From: Desulforegulaceae bacterium
Lineage (GTDB): Bacteria > Desulfobacterota > Desulfobacteria > Desulfobacterales > JACKCP01
NCBI GenBank assembly: GCA_034006035.1
Contig: JAVETN010000001.1
Coordinates: 228,392 to 252,391, forward strand
Length of the DNA: 24,000 nt
Direction of reading: 5' to 3'
The notes beneath the pieces are model-generated. The model saw only the letters and a program-made list of their open reading frames with translations. It did no database searches and was not told where the DNA came from. Both the position numbers and the translations under genes were made by a program. Shown here one piece after another: positions 1 through 7,661 of the stretch (position 1 is the stretch's first letter; each line of letters begins with the position of its first letter).

Positions 1-104
1 TTTTTTCCGAAAATAGAAATTGCTGCATCTATTATAAGATTTTTTTTCTTTTGTTTTTCTTCCTCCTTTAATTGCTGAAGAATATTTTTTTTTGACTTTA
101 CCAT
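1..104 (-). CDS. Partial CDS (N-terminus only, runs off the left edge): probable TetR/AcrR-family regulator
   Basis: Absent from the ORF track because it is truncated. My minus-strand translation from ATG 104..102 gives MVKSKKNILQQLKEEEKQKKKNLIIDAAISIFGK. The IIDAAISIFGK stretch resembles the start of a TetR-type HTH. GGAG (114..111 on minus) lies 6 nt upstream of the ATG. Confidence 0.4.
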   Translation of the reverse strand, partial: MVKSKKNILQQLKEEEKQKKKNLIIDAAISIFGK

Positions 105-120
105 GTTTTTCTCCGAAAAC

Positions 121-2376
121 TTAAAATAAAGAGTTGATAAAACAGCTTGAACTTCCGCTTGATGATTTCATAGGTTTTGGATCTGGGACATTGTAATATT
201 CACTTGTGATGGCTATTCCTCCTTCTGATTCAGCAGAAAAAAGAAGGGAATCGCTTAAGGTGACTTTCAAAACTTTTCCTCTTGAAGGTAATTCTTTTTT
301 TAGAGTTCTATTAAAACTATAGATATTTATTCCTTTATCGGTTCCCGCATAAATAAAATCTTTACTTGCTGAAATTGTATTTACCTTTGTTTTGGCATCA
401 ATTCTATTTGTTTGTATAAGGTCTGTGCTGTTTAATGTATAAATAAGCTTTCCTGCTGCTACAAAAAGAGTTGAATTTTTACAATAAATATCTGTAATTT
501 CATTTTCGGGATTAAATTCTTCTGCTTTGAAAAGAAGGTAAGGGGCTTCAGAATTATCAAGACTTAAACTTTTAAGAGTTTTATCAGAGCCTGTAAAAAG
601 AGTTTTTGAATTTTTATCAATAAATAATGACTGAAATTTTTGGTCCTTTTTAAAAGTTTCTCCAACCGACAAAATTTCAGAATTTTCATATTTATAAATT
701 TCAATTCCTTTTTCAGTCCCAAGATAAATGTATGGTTCATTAACTGCCAATGAAAGAGGCGTTGAGGTAATATCAAATGATTTTTCAATTTTAGGGTCTG
801 ATTCAATATTTCCAAAAAGTAAAATTTTGTTTTCACTTACACCAACAAAACTTTCTGAGAATTTTTTAATGAAAAGAGGGTTATCTTTTTTAATCAATTT
901 AATCAGTTTTAATTGTGTGTCATCAGATAAATCAAAAAATAAAAACCCTGAGTTGCCAGATTTAGAGCTGATTGCGGATAAAATGTTTTTGTTTTTTTCG
1001 ATTTGGGAAAATGAGTAAAAAGGATTTGTTGATTTTACTGTGCTGGGCTCTGAATTGACTGGGACATTAATTTTTGAAATACCCTTTGAAATATCAGAGA
1101 TAAAAACTGAGGCGTTTTCATGTGTTAATGAATCATATTTTAATGAATAAGAATAGCTGAACCCGTTTTTATATTCTGTAGTTTTATAAATATTTACCCC
1201 TTCACCATCTTTGTCTGAAGTTGTGTTTGATATCACTGAGTAGTCGACAATTTGCAAGCCTTTTTCACCATCTGCAATAAAAGCCAATGAGCCGGATTCA
1301 TTTAGATCTAAAGAGTTCCCTGCTAAAATATCCTGGCTTCTTCCTAGATTCTCAGGCCTTTTTTCCCCTTGATTTTCAAGTAAATTCCCTTTATCATCAA
1401 ACACTTTAAACTTAAACAAAGCTGTTTTTTGATTATTCTGGTAGTCATAGGGACTTGTAATAAAAATAAAAATATTCGACTCAATTTCTTTAGCTTTTAT
1501 ATCTTTAGCAAGACTTATTGTGTTAAAATTAACTATTCTTAGATCCCTTTTAGATACTGGTTCAGGTTGGTCTTGAATTTTTTTTAATTCTTCAATTTTT
1601 TCAGGAGAATCAGGAAGAGGAGTGTTAATCGGCAACTGAGTATTTATAAGAGCTGTTTTTTTCTTATCCGATTGTTTGTAGTCTTTTGTTAGATCAAAAA
1701 TTTTTAATCCATAATTACGATCAAGAATTGCTAAATAATCTTTTCCACCAAAGGAGAAAAAATCAATGTCAAAATATCCCCCTGTTGTTAATTCTTTTTC
1801 TGATAAGCCGTTTTGCCTATAACCGCCTAAATATTCGAATTCCAGGTTGTTAGCTCCTTTATCTACTTTAACTATTCTGAAACCATAGTTATAATCTGCA
1901 ATATAAAGATAGTCTCCGTTAAGAGCAAGGCCATGAGCGTCTATTTCAGCTAAGCCCTCCAAGGTCTTTCTTGGTTTACCTTTGAGGAAGCCTGGATCAA
2001 CACCAATGCTTTTAATGTTTTTTATTTCATCTTCGTTAATGTTTTTAATATCTTTGTCGTTGTAATCATAAACAAAAACCCCTGATTTACCCGCAGCTAA
2101 ATATAAGATTTTATTTGTATTATCAGTAATAACAGCGGTAATGGAATTGGAAGGACTTATATCAAAAGAACTTTTGAGGTTTAATTCTTTGTCATAAATT
2201 TTCAATATGGTTCCAAGGCCATGGAAAACATAATTGTCATCTATTGCCACAGCGTCATCTGAAAAATGAGGCCAACTATTAGTGTTTAATAGTTCAAATG
2301 AATGAATGGAAAAACTGGAAAATCCCATGAATAAAACAAGTAAAACTATTTTTTTAAAATTTAATTTGAGCTTCAA
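121..2376 (-). CDS. Secreted beta-propeller surface protein with LVIVD-like repeats and a C-terminal poly-Ser + CFINSLF tail
   Basis: 751-aa ORF with signal peptide MKLKLNFKKIVLLVLFMGFSSFSIHS. The unit Y-x-A-x3-4-G-(L/I/F)-x-I-x-D/Y recurs (YLYIADYNYGFRIVKV, LAILDRNYGLKIFDL, AFIADGEKGLQIVDY, IYLGTEKGIEIYKY, IYAGTDKGINIYSF). The start codon is TTG at 2376..2374, preceded by GAGGGGG. It overlaps the upstream gene by 23 nt. The protein ends SSSGSSSCFINSLF. Confidence 0.85.
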   Translation of the reverse strand: MKLKLNFKKIVLLVLFMGFSSFSIHSFELLNTNSWPHFSDDAVAIDDNYVFHGLGTILKIYDKELNLKSSFDISPSNSITAVITDNTNKILYLAAGKSGVFVYDYNDKDIKNINEDEIKNIKSIGVDPGFLKGKPRKTLEGLAEIDAHGLALNGDYLYIADYNYGFRIVKVDKGANNLEFEYLGGYRQNGLSEKELTTGGYFDIDFFSFGGKDYLAILDRNYGLKIFDLTKDYKQSDKKKTALINTQLPINTPLPDSPEKIEELKKIQDQPEPVSKRDLRIVNFNTISLAKDIKAKEIESNIFIFITSPYDYQNNQKTALFKFKVFDDKGNLLENQGEKRPENLGRSQDILAGNSLDLNESGSLAFIADGEKGLQIVDYSVISNTTSDKDGEGVNIYKTTEYKNGFSYSYSLKYDSLTHENASVFISDISKGISKINVPVNSEPSTVKSTNPFYSFSQIEKNKNILSAISSKSGNSGFLFFDLSDDTQLKLIKLIKKDNPLFIKKFSESFVGVSENKILLFGNIESDPKIEKSFDITSTPLSLAVNEPYIYLGTEKGIEIYKYENSEILSVGETFKKDQKFQSLFIDKNSKTLFTGSDKTLKSLSLDNSEAPYLLFKAEEFNPENEITDIYCKNSTLFVAAGKLIYTLNSTDLIQTNRIDAKTKVNTISASKDFIYAGTDKGINIYSFNRTLKKELPSRGKVLKVTLSDSLLFSAESEGGIAITSEYYNVPDPKPMKSSSGSSSCFINSLF

Positions 2377-3205
2377 AACTTACCCCCTCTTCATCTCCAA
2401 TACGCTTTTGGATTGCGAGTGAATATCTGTCTTTGGCAAAAAAACTGATTCCAAAAATCCACCCAATATTTTTTGAGGTTTTAATTTTTTCTTCATATAA
2501 AAAGTCTTCTTTTTCAATATAAAGTTTTTCATCTCCTGTTATACTTGAAACTCTTGGTCCCAAAAAAACTTTTATATGATCAGTCGAGCCAGTCAGTACC
2601 ACCCCTGCTTGAAGTTCATCAAGATCTGCTTCATAAGTTAGATTGTTTCTTCCCTGTTTTTTAGCATCTATGGTTATTTTATTGTATTTAAAATCAAGAT
2701 GGGCATTTAGATGTTTGAAAATTGAATTAACTTCTTTTTCAAACATTTTAAAGGCCAATCCTCCTCCAAAGCTGACCATTGAATCATCTTTTACATGAAA
2801 TTTACTTGGAGAGGTATACAAACCACTTATTGTTTCGTCCAGTATCATTAAGTCTGATTCAAATTTCCCAAAACCTGCTTTACCGTAAATTAAAAAATTG
2901 TCAAAAAATAAAAAACCTGCCTCAACTTCATTGAGATCAAAGGTATTATTGGAGCTCCTTGTTCTGGAATAATGCCTGTGATCATCTGTAGAGTTCTTGG
3001 GTTTGTGCAAGAATGTTTTTATTTGTTTTGGAAAATCGTTTTCTTGGTGATCTCTTCTGATAAGGATCTGAAACCCCGATAAAAATTTACTATCCTTGTT
3101 TTCAGTGTAAGAAAAAGAATTGATTCCTGAAACAGGGGCAGATAAAACTGAAACAGAACTTAATGGATATAATAATATAGAAATGAGTAACCATATTTTT
3201 TTCAA
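2354..3205 (-). CDS. Outer-membrane beta-barrel protein (OmpA/porin-like small barrel)
   Basis: 283-aa ORF with signal peptide MKKIWLLISILLYPLSSVSVLSA. It shows alternating amphipathic strands and a C-terminal VSFEAQIKF ending in Phe, typical of an OMP beta-signal. The start is TTG (3205..3203) with GGAGG 8 nt upstream. Confidence 0.8.
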   Translation of the reverse strand: MKKIWLLISILLYPLSSVSVLSAPVSGINSFSYTENKDSKFLSGFQILIRRDHQENDFPKQIKTFLHKPKNSTDDHRHYSRTRSSNNTFDLNEVEAGFLFFDNFLIYGKAGFGKFESDLMILDETISGLYTSPSKFHVKDDSMVSFGGGLAFKMFEKEVNSIFKHLNAHLDFKYNKITIDAKKQGRNNLTYEADLDELQAGVVLTGSTDHIKVFLGPRVSSITGDEKLYIEKEDFLYEEKIKTSKNIGWIFGISFFAKDRYSLAIQKRIGDEEGVSFEAQIKF

Positions 3206-3250
3206 AAAAAGAACCTCCTTGATGTAAAAATTTGTTTGGAGGCAAAAAAC

Positions 3251-3760
3251 TTAATCATTGAAAGATGATATTCTTATATTGCCTGAAATTTCGGCTTTAA
3301 ACCCTTCCACAGTGATGCTGCCAAAACTCTTCCCGTCATTCATGAATTTGACACCGTCTTCCCCTTGAATTGTTATTGATCCAATATGGTATCTGTCTAT
3401 TTGGACCAAAGACTTGTCCAGTTCCACATTTATTCCACTGGTCAATCTACCTGTATAAGGATCAATTGAAGTGGTTTGATTTATGGAAACTGGATTGTCG
3501 AGGAAGGTCTTTCCTGAATACACAATTCCTTTAATCAGCAAAGACGCAGGATTCCCGTCGGTGCCGTCGTCATCCCTGAAAATTAAGTTCTCTGCAGTCC
3601 AGTCAATTCCAAGAATATTGTCACTGCTAATTCTAATTCCTGACTGTCCTGTCAAGGTCTTCATTTTTTCAGGAGAAACCGGCGAAAGAGCAATGGCTTG
3701 TCCAGCGGTAAGGATTATTATAGATACCATTATTGTTGCTATGTATGAAAACTTGGTCAT
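3251..3760 (-). CDS. Small secreted GQxG-motif protein (fifth paralogue of the cargo family)
   Basis: The ORF track starts at a TTG at 3799, but ATG 3760..3758 has a perfect AGGAGG 6 nt upstream and yields a clean signal peptide, MTKFSYIATIMVSIIILTAGQAIA. After the signal peptide comes SPEKMKTLTGQSGIRISSDN and later DDDGTDG. Both motifs are shared with the genes at 10746..13886. Confidence 0.8.
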   Translation of the reverse strand: MTKFSYIATIMVSIIILTAGQAIALSPVSPEKMKTLTGQSGIRISSDNILGIDWTAENLIFRDDDGTDGNPASLLIKGIVYSGKTFLDNPVSINQTTSIDPYTGRLTSGINVELDKSLVQIDRYHIGSITIQGEDGVKFMNDGKSFGSITVEGFKAEISGNIRISSFND

Positions 3761-3794
3761 AGCTGACCTCCTATCTGTAAGATCAAATCTCACA

Positions 3795-4110
3795 GGCAAC
3801 CCGGCTAGCCTTAAATTAATAAGGTCCCGCAGCTTTCCGTCCCGGAATTACTTCCGGTTTGGCTAAAGAGGGCGGCCCGGCTGACCATAAATTCTGGCCC
3901 CGTGGCTTTCCGTCCCATGGTCACCCAGTGGTTTGGCTAGTTATTCTGACTCTCTTGGCAACTCGGCTGACCTGAAAAATTCAGGCCCCGTAGCTTTCCG
4001 TCCCGGGATTACTCCCGGTTTGGTTTTTACAAAGTGTACAGGTGGCTAGGCTGACCTTGAGTAAACAAGGTCCCTTGGCTTTCCGTCCCGGAGTTACCTC
4101 CGGTTTGGCT
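3795..4110 (-). repeat. Four tandem copies of a GC-rich structured RNA element in the 5' leader of 3251..3760
   Basis: Units lie at 3795..3864, 3871..3938, 3957..4025 and 4041..4110. The minus-strand consensus is AGCCAAAC-[P1 hairpin with GNRA loop]-GACGGAAAGCY-RYGGG-[P2 hairpin]-CAGCC. P1 variants are CCGGAG-GUAA-CUCCGG, CCGGGA-GUAA-UCCCGG, CCGGAA-GUAA-UUCCGG and CCACUGG-GUGA-CCAUGG, so the stem changes are compensatory. Unit 4 is about 57% G+C by hand count, against AT-rich flanks. Confidence 0.75.
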
Positions 4111-4155
4111 CTGGTATCCTTTGGTTTGAATTTCACCCTTAATCGTTTTTTGCCT

Positions 4156-4205
4156 CCATGCAGATTTTTTTATTTTCATAAAAAGATCTGCATGGCAGTT
4201 TTTTT
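4156..4205 (+). terminator. Strong hairpin plus T-run; canonical intrinsic terminator only in the plus orientation, function unclear
   Basis: ccatgcagat (4156..4165) pairs perfectly with atctgcatgg (4186..4195), and T/A pairs extend the stem inward. A T-run at 4199..4205 follows on the plus strand. On the minus strand the stem is followed by AGGCAAAAAACG, with no U-run. No plus-strand gene lies upstream. Confidence 0.4.
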
Positions 4206-4257
4206 CAAAGAACAGTTCTTACCTGAACATTGCTTTTACAGCAATTGGCCTGAAGCC

Positions 4258-4287
4258 GGAACAAAGACCTGATAATTTAATCAGGCT
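4258..4287 (-). terminator. Weak candidate terminator after the TolB-like gene
   Basis: Minus strand: CCUGAU-UAAAUU-AUCAGG (arms 4280..4285 and 4268..4273), followed by UCUUUGUU. The stem is short and the U-tract imperfect. Confidence 0.3.
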
Positions 4288-4364
4288 AAGTCTTTATCTA
4301 ACAAGCTAAATCTTAACTTTTATAGATAATAAGAAAAAGAGCCTTAATTGATTAATTATCTGAT

Positions 4365-5846
4365 TTATTTAATTATACATTGATATTTAACAAAATCCAA
4401 TCCATTTACACCAAGAGAATGAAATTTGTTTTCAGATTCAAAAATTATTGGAAATTTTGATATAAAATTGTCTATTGGTGTTTTTGTTTCAATACCGTCA
4501 ATATTTAAGATCCATTTTTTATCATCATGGCTTGCACAATAAGCAAGGCGATTTCCTTTGGGACTGAACTTGGGCAGGCCGGTGATAGCCTTGTATTTTC
4601 TTCCCTCATTTTCATTTTTTACCATTACAACGTTTTTTCCATCAAATGCCATATAGGCAATTTCATTTTTTACAGGATTAAATATTGGCTGTTTTACATC
4701 AAAATAGGCTTTGCCTTCTTTTTTATCCCAAACTACAAACCATCCCTTTTGTTTTAAAAAAGCTCTATAAGCGTAGTTTCTACCATCGGTTGAAAACTTA
4801 ATAAGACCTGAAGAGTCGTACTCTTTTTCTTTTTTACCGTTTATCACAATTGTGGGTTTGTCTTTTTTTATTCCCGGATATCCGTATGAATTTCCAGTAT
4901 CAGAATATGCAATAGGACCAAGAGTATCGAATTTGAATTCTTTTTTTCCGTTTACAACCATCTGCCAGTCTTTTCCTGTGTTTGCAGGATAGGAAAGAAT
5001 TGTTCCTTGCGGGTTGTAAAAAGGTTCGCCAATGGTCTTGTAGGGCGGGTGTTCATTAAAGTTTTCTAGCAAAATGAGGTTGTCTTTATCATTTTGAACC
5101 ACACAGGCGAAATTGCCCAATTTGGAAAATTTTAAAAGTATGGCATTTTTATAAGGTTTTGATTCTTTTTCATCAATAAAGACCTGCCAGCCATTGTCCT
5201 TAAAAGCTATGAACCCTAGCTTTGAAGAATCAGGGCTGAAAACAAGTTCATTTATATTTTTGAAAGGCCCATATTTTTTGTCCTGGCAAATTACATATCC
5301 TTTGTGTCTGCCTTCAAAGGCAATATAGGCCAGTCTTTTTCCGTCAGGACTGAAAACAGGGTCATTTTTAAATCCGTCAAAACTTTTGCCTTCTCTTCCA
5401 TTTATTACAACAAATTGTTTGTCACCTTTTTGGGCTATATAGGCAAAGTTTTTACCATCATTACTTGTTACAAGATTGCCTGTACCATCATATTTTTTTT
5501 GTTCCTCCCCATTGATTACTGCAAAATAATTGGAGTTAGAAATTGCTGTAAAAGCAGAGATTCCTGAAAAAGGAGCAAAAAATGGGGTGCCTTTCCCAAG
5601 GCTTTGATAGGGTCCATAGACTTTTGAATTTATCTGGGCAAACATTTTTTTATCTTTTAAAAGGGTTATTCCTAGTTTGTCGTAATCAGGAAAGTTTGAG
5701 GAAATATCAAGAATATTTGATTGCTCTGGAGGTGTTGATAAGCTTATTATTTTTTCATTTATTTCAAGGATTTCGGCATTAATCAGGGGGGAATAAATTA
5801 ATGACAGGGCAAAGACAATGGTTGGAACATTAAATCTGATTTTCAT
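4365..5846 (-). CDS. Periplasmic TolB-like (PD40/WD40-like) beta-propeller repeat protein
   Basis: 493-aa ORF with signal peptide MKIRFNVPTIVFALSLIYSPLINA. A unit of about 45 aa repeats: FSPDGKRLAYIAFEG, FSPDSSKLGFIAFKD, SNDGKNFAYIAQKG, FSTDGRNYAYRAF, FNPVKNEIAYMAF, FSPKGNRLAYCAS. Each is followed by (V/I)INGKE-x-K-x-(Y/F)D. Confidence 0.8.
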   Translation of the reverse strand: MKIRFNVPTIVFALSLIYSPLINAEILEINEKIISLSTPPEQSNILDISSNFPDYDKLGITLLKDKKMFAQINSKVYGPYQSLGKGTPFFAPFSGISAFTAISNSNYFAVINGEEQKKYDGTGNLVTSNDGKNFAYIAQKGDKQFVVINGREGKSFDGFKNDPVFSPDGKRLAYIAFEGRHKGYVICQDKKYGPFKNINELVFSPDSSKLGFIAFKDNGWQVFIDEKESKPYKNAILLKFSKLGNFACVVQNDKDNLILLENFNEHPPYKTIGEPFYNPQGTILSYPANTGKDWQMVVNGKKEFKFDTLGPIAYSDTGNSYGYPGIKKDKPTIVINGKKEKEYDSSGLIKFSTDGRNYAYRAFLKQKGWFVVWDKKEGKAYFDVKQPIFNPVKNEIAYMAFDGKNVVMVKNENEGRKYKAITGLPKFSPKGNRLAYCASHDDKKWILNIDGIETKTPIDNFISKFPIIFESENKFHSLGVNGLDFVKYQCIIK

Positions 5847-7647
5847 GGTTTATCTGATCCTTTTCTACTTTTTTATCTTTTTTAAATGGATTTAATTTTT
5901 TTAAAAATTTTTTTACTTTACCTGCAGCGTGGTGGAGCATTTCCTGCTGATGATGCAGCATTTCCATTTGAACAGAAAGGGGCATGGTAACTCCAAAAAG
6001 TGCAATATAAAGATAGGTTTCCTGCTCATAATCCAGCCCTGCATAGGGATTGTAAACTATTTTGGTAAAATCTGTTGAGTTCATATTGGTGCTTGAGTTG
6101 TTTGGAACTTTAAGTGAATCATTAAACAAATAGCCAAAGCCAAAATCCAGGGTAACATTTTTAGGCAGATGAAGGGAAAATCCAGCAGCATAAAAAGTCA
6201 TATCAGGGAGAAAATAAAGTGCATCAATTTTATCTTTTGGAAGAGATGCAGGTCGAAATTCATAACCGCATCTTAAAGTAAGCCAGTCTTTTGGATAAAC
6301 TTCAAGACCAACTCCCCAATGCCAGGTATCTTCCATTTCCCTTTTAACAATAAGATTATTATCTCCGCCTGTATATCCAAGAAGTTTAGCTATCCTGAAA
6401 AGCTGAATTCTTTGATCAAAAGTAAATTTATCTTCTTTTAAAGCAGCCCAGTTTGACCAGTGGAGATCTGCTGTGATCTGAATTTTTGACCAGGGTTTTA
6501 GTTTTATACCCATATCAATTCTTCTTGGAAAAAGCTGGGTTGCTGTCACTCTTCCAGTTTGAGAAGGCACTGCTTTGTAGGGCATATCAAGCATCCCTGC
6601 TGTTGTCATTGTATATTCTGTGCTTCCGTTCCAGGCAATCTGTCGCTGCCATTGTTCACTATAGGTAAATTTGTATTTTCCTGAAAGTTTTGCTTTTGCC
6701 TGACTCTGGTAAGAAAGGCCAAATCCAAACCAATGGGTTGGTTCCCATAAAAGACCAAGATTTACCGAAGGGGTAAAGTCATCTCTTAGGTCCATTTCCA
6801 TGCTTGTGTTGTGCTCATAGGGACCAAGTCCGCCTCCAAGCCAGGGGGCTGGAAGAGTCAATTGTGAAACAACAGGTATTTCAAGATCTCTTGTTGCATC
6901 ACCAATAACCCTTGTAAGTCCGACAAGCTCGTTTGGGGTTCTTTGATCAAGGGATATTCCCATTGCTGTTTGTCCAAATCCCACTGAAATTCCAAGTGAG
7001 AGTTGGTCTGAGGCTTTATAGCTCAAAGTTGGAGCAGCATAAATAAGATGCTGAAGGTAAAGAGATTTACATCCAAAACGAAGAGGATCCCCTGGATCAT
7101 TATGGGTCATCCCTCCTCCGTAGGGAGCGTAGTTTGTGTATGCAAAAGTCCACTTTGAGTCAGGCTTTCTATGGGATAGTCCAAGGCTCACAGCAGCAAG
7201 AAAATCTATTGGACCAAGAAAAGGGATGTACATTTTGGTTGAGGAGTTTGTGCCTTTTGTATTCCTTAATGGATCAGGGCCTCCATGGTTTGAATCCGGG
7301 TCATTTATATTAGGTTCAGCATTTGGCCCCCATTTGTCGCCCATAAAACCTTTAAAGTCTTTATTTTCTTTAAAGCTCCCTTTTCTTTTAATTATAGGTA
7401 TACCAAAACCGTTGGAAAACATTGCTCCTTCATCAATTTTTGATAATCCTGCAGGATTGAAATGAGCAGACATATGACCAGGAGGAGAGGCTGTGCATGC
7501 ATTTGCAAGACCTAAAGCTCTTGCATCAATTGCAGGGTTTTCATTGAAGGTTGCCAATGTTTCTTTTGATAAAAACAAAACAAGAACAATTGTAATTAAA
7601 AGTTTTTTTATTCTCATGTTTTTTGTTTTTGGGCTAAGGAGTTTCAT
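5830..7647 (-). CDS. FadL/OMPP1/TodX-family outer-membrane transport barrel with an unusual basic/His-rich C-terminal extension
   Basis: 605-aa ORF. Its N-terminal region ARALGLANACTASPPGHMSAHFNPAGLS matches the FadL hatch-domain pattern (G-x-A ... NPAG-L). The body is long and beta-strand-rich. An alternative start is M11 (ATG 7617..7615, giving MRIKKLLITIVLVLFL); neither start has a clear SD. It overlaps the next gene by 17 nt. Confidence 0.8.
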   Translation of the reverse strand: MKLLSPKTKNMRIKKLLITIVLVLFLSKETLATFNENPAIDARALGLANACTASPPGHMSAHFNPAGLSKIDEGAMFSNGFGIPIIKRKGSFKENKDFKGFMGDKWGPNAEPNINDPDSNHGGPDPLRNTKGTNSSTKMYIPFLGPIDFLAAVSLGLSHRKPDSKWTFAYTNYAPYGGGMTHNDPGDPLRFGCKSLYLQHLIYAAPTLSYKASDQLSLGISVGFGQTAMGISLDQRTPNELVGLTRVIGDATRDLEIPVVSQLTLPAPWLGGGLGPYEHNTSMEMDLRDDFTPSVNLGLLWEPTHWFGFGLSYQSQAKAKLSGKYKFTYSEQWQRQIAWNGSTEYTMTTAGMLDMPYKAVPSQTGRVTATQLFPRRIDMGIKLKPWSKIQITADLHWSNWAALKEDKFTFDQRIQLFRIAKLLGYTGGDNNLIVKREMEDTWHWGVGLEVYPKDWLTLRCGYEFRPASLPKDKIDALYFLPDMTFYAAGFSLHLPKNVTLDFGFGYLFNDSLKVPNNSSTNMNSTDFTKIVYNPYAGLDYEQETYLYIALFGVTMPLSVQMEMLHHQQEMLHHAAGKVKKFLKKLNPFKKDKKVEKDQINHENQI

Positions 7648-7661
7648 TTCAAATCTTTAAA

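Noticed and set aside
564-1018. ORFs 564..836 (-) and 728..1018 (+) inside the LVIVD protein gene. The same applies to other embedded or antisense ORFs: 3483..3866, 4527..4757, 5304..5567, 5582..5782, 6486..6668, 7136..7465, 8354..8575, 8479..8706, 8683..8871, 9439..9762, 9624..9848, 11188..11523, 12315..12686, 14633..15097, 15863..16096, 20046..20285, 20527..20739, 20657..20869, 20897..21103, 21431..21640, 21650..21946, 22403..22663 and 22906..23166.
   Set aside because: All lie wholly within, or antisense to, longer ORFs that have signal peptides, domain motifs and SD sequences. Their products are low-complexity, Ser/Leu/Phe-rich shadow-frame translations typical of AT-rich DNA.
3761-3799. 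N-terminal extension of the 3251..3799 ORF as given in the ORF track (MPVRFDLTDRRSA...).
   Set aside because: The extension starts at a TTG with no SD and runs into RNA repeat unit 1. The internal ATG at 3760 has a perfect AGGAGG 6 nt upstream and gives a normal signal peptide.
3795-4110. CRISPR array interpretation of the four tandem repeats.
   Set aside because: The repeats are about 70 nt and imperfect, with covarying stems. The 'spacers' are only 6-18 nt. No cas genes are present, and the element recurs singly at 13941..14028 in a 5' leader.
3795-4205. Plus-strand small RNA consisting of the four repeats and ended by the canonical plus-strand terminator at 4156..4205.
   Set aside because: On the plus strand the P1 loops are UUAC/UCAC rather than GNRA, and several stem positions become A-C or C-A mismatches that are G-U wobbles on the minus strand. 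The terminator-like hairpin remains unexplained, so this is down-weighted rather than excluded.
4042-4272. 76-aa plus-strand ORF over repeat unit 4 and the hairpin.
   Set aside because: It has no SD, is composed of repeat and hairpin sequence, and its low-complexity product looks implausible.
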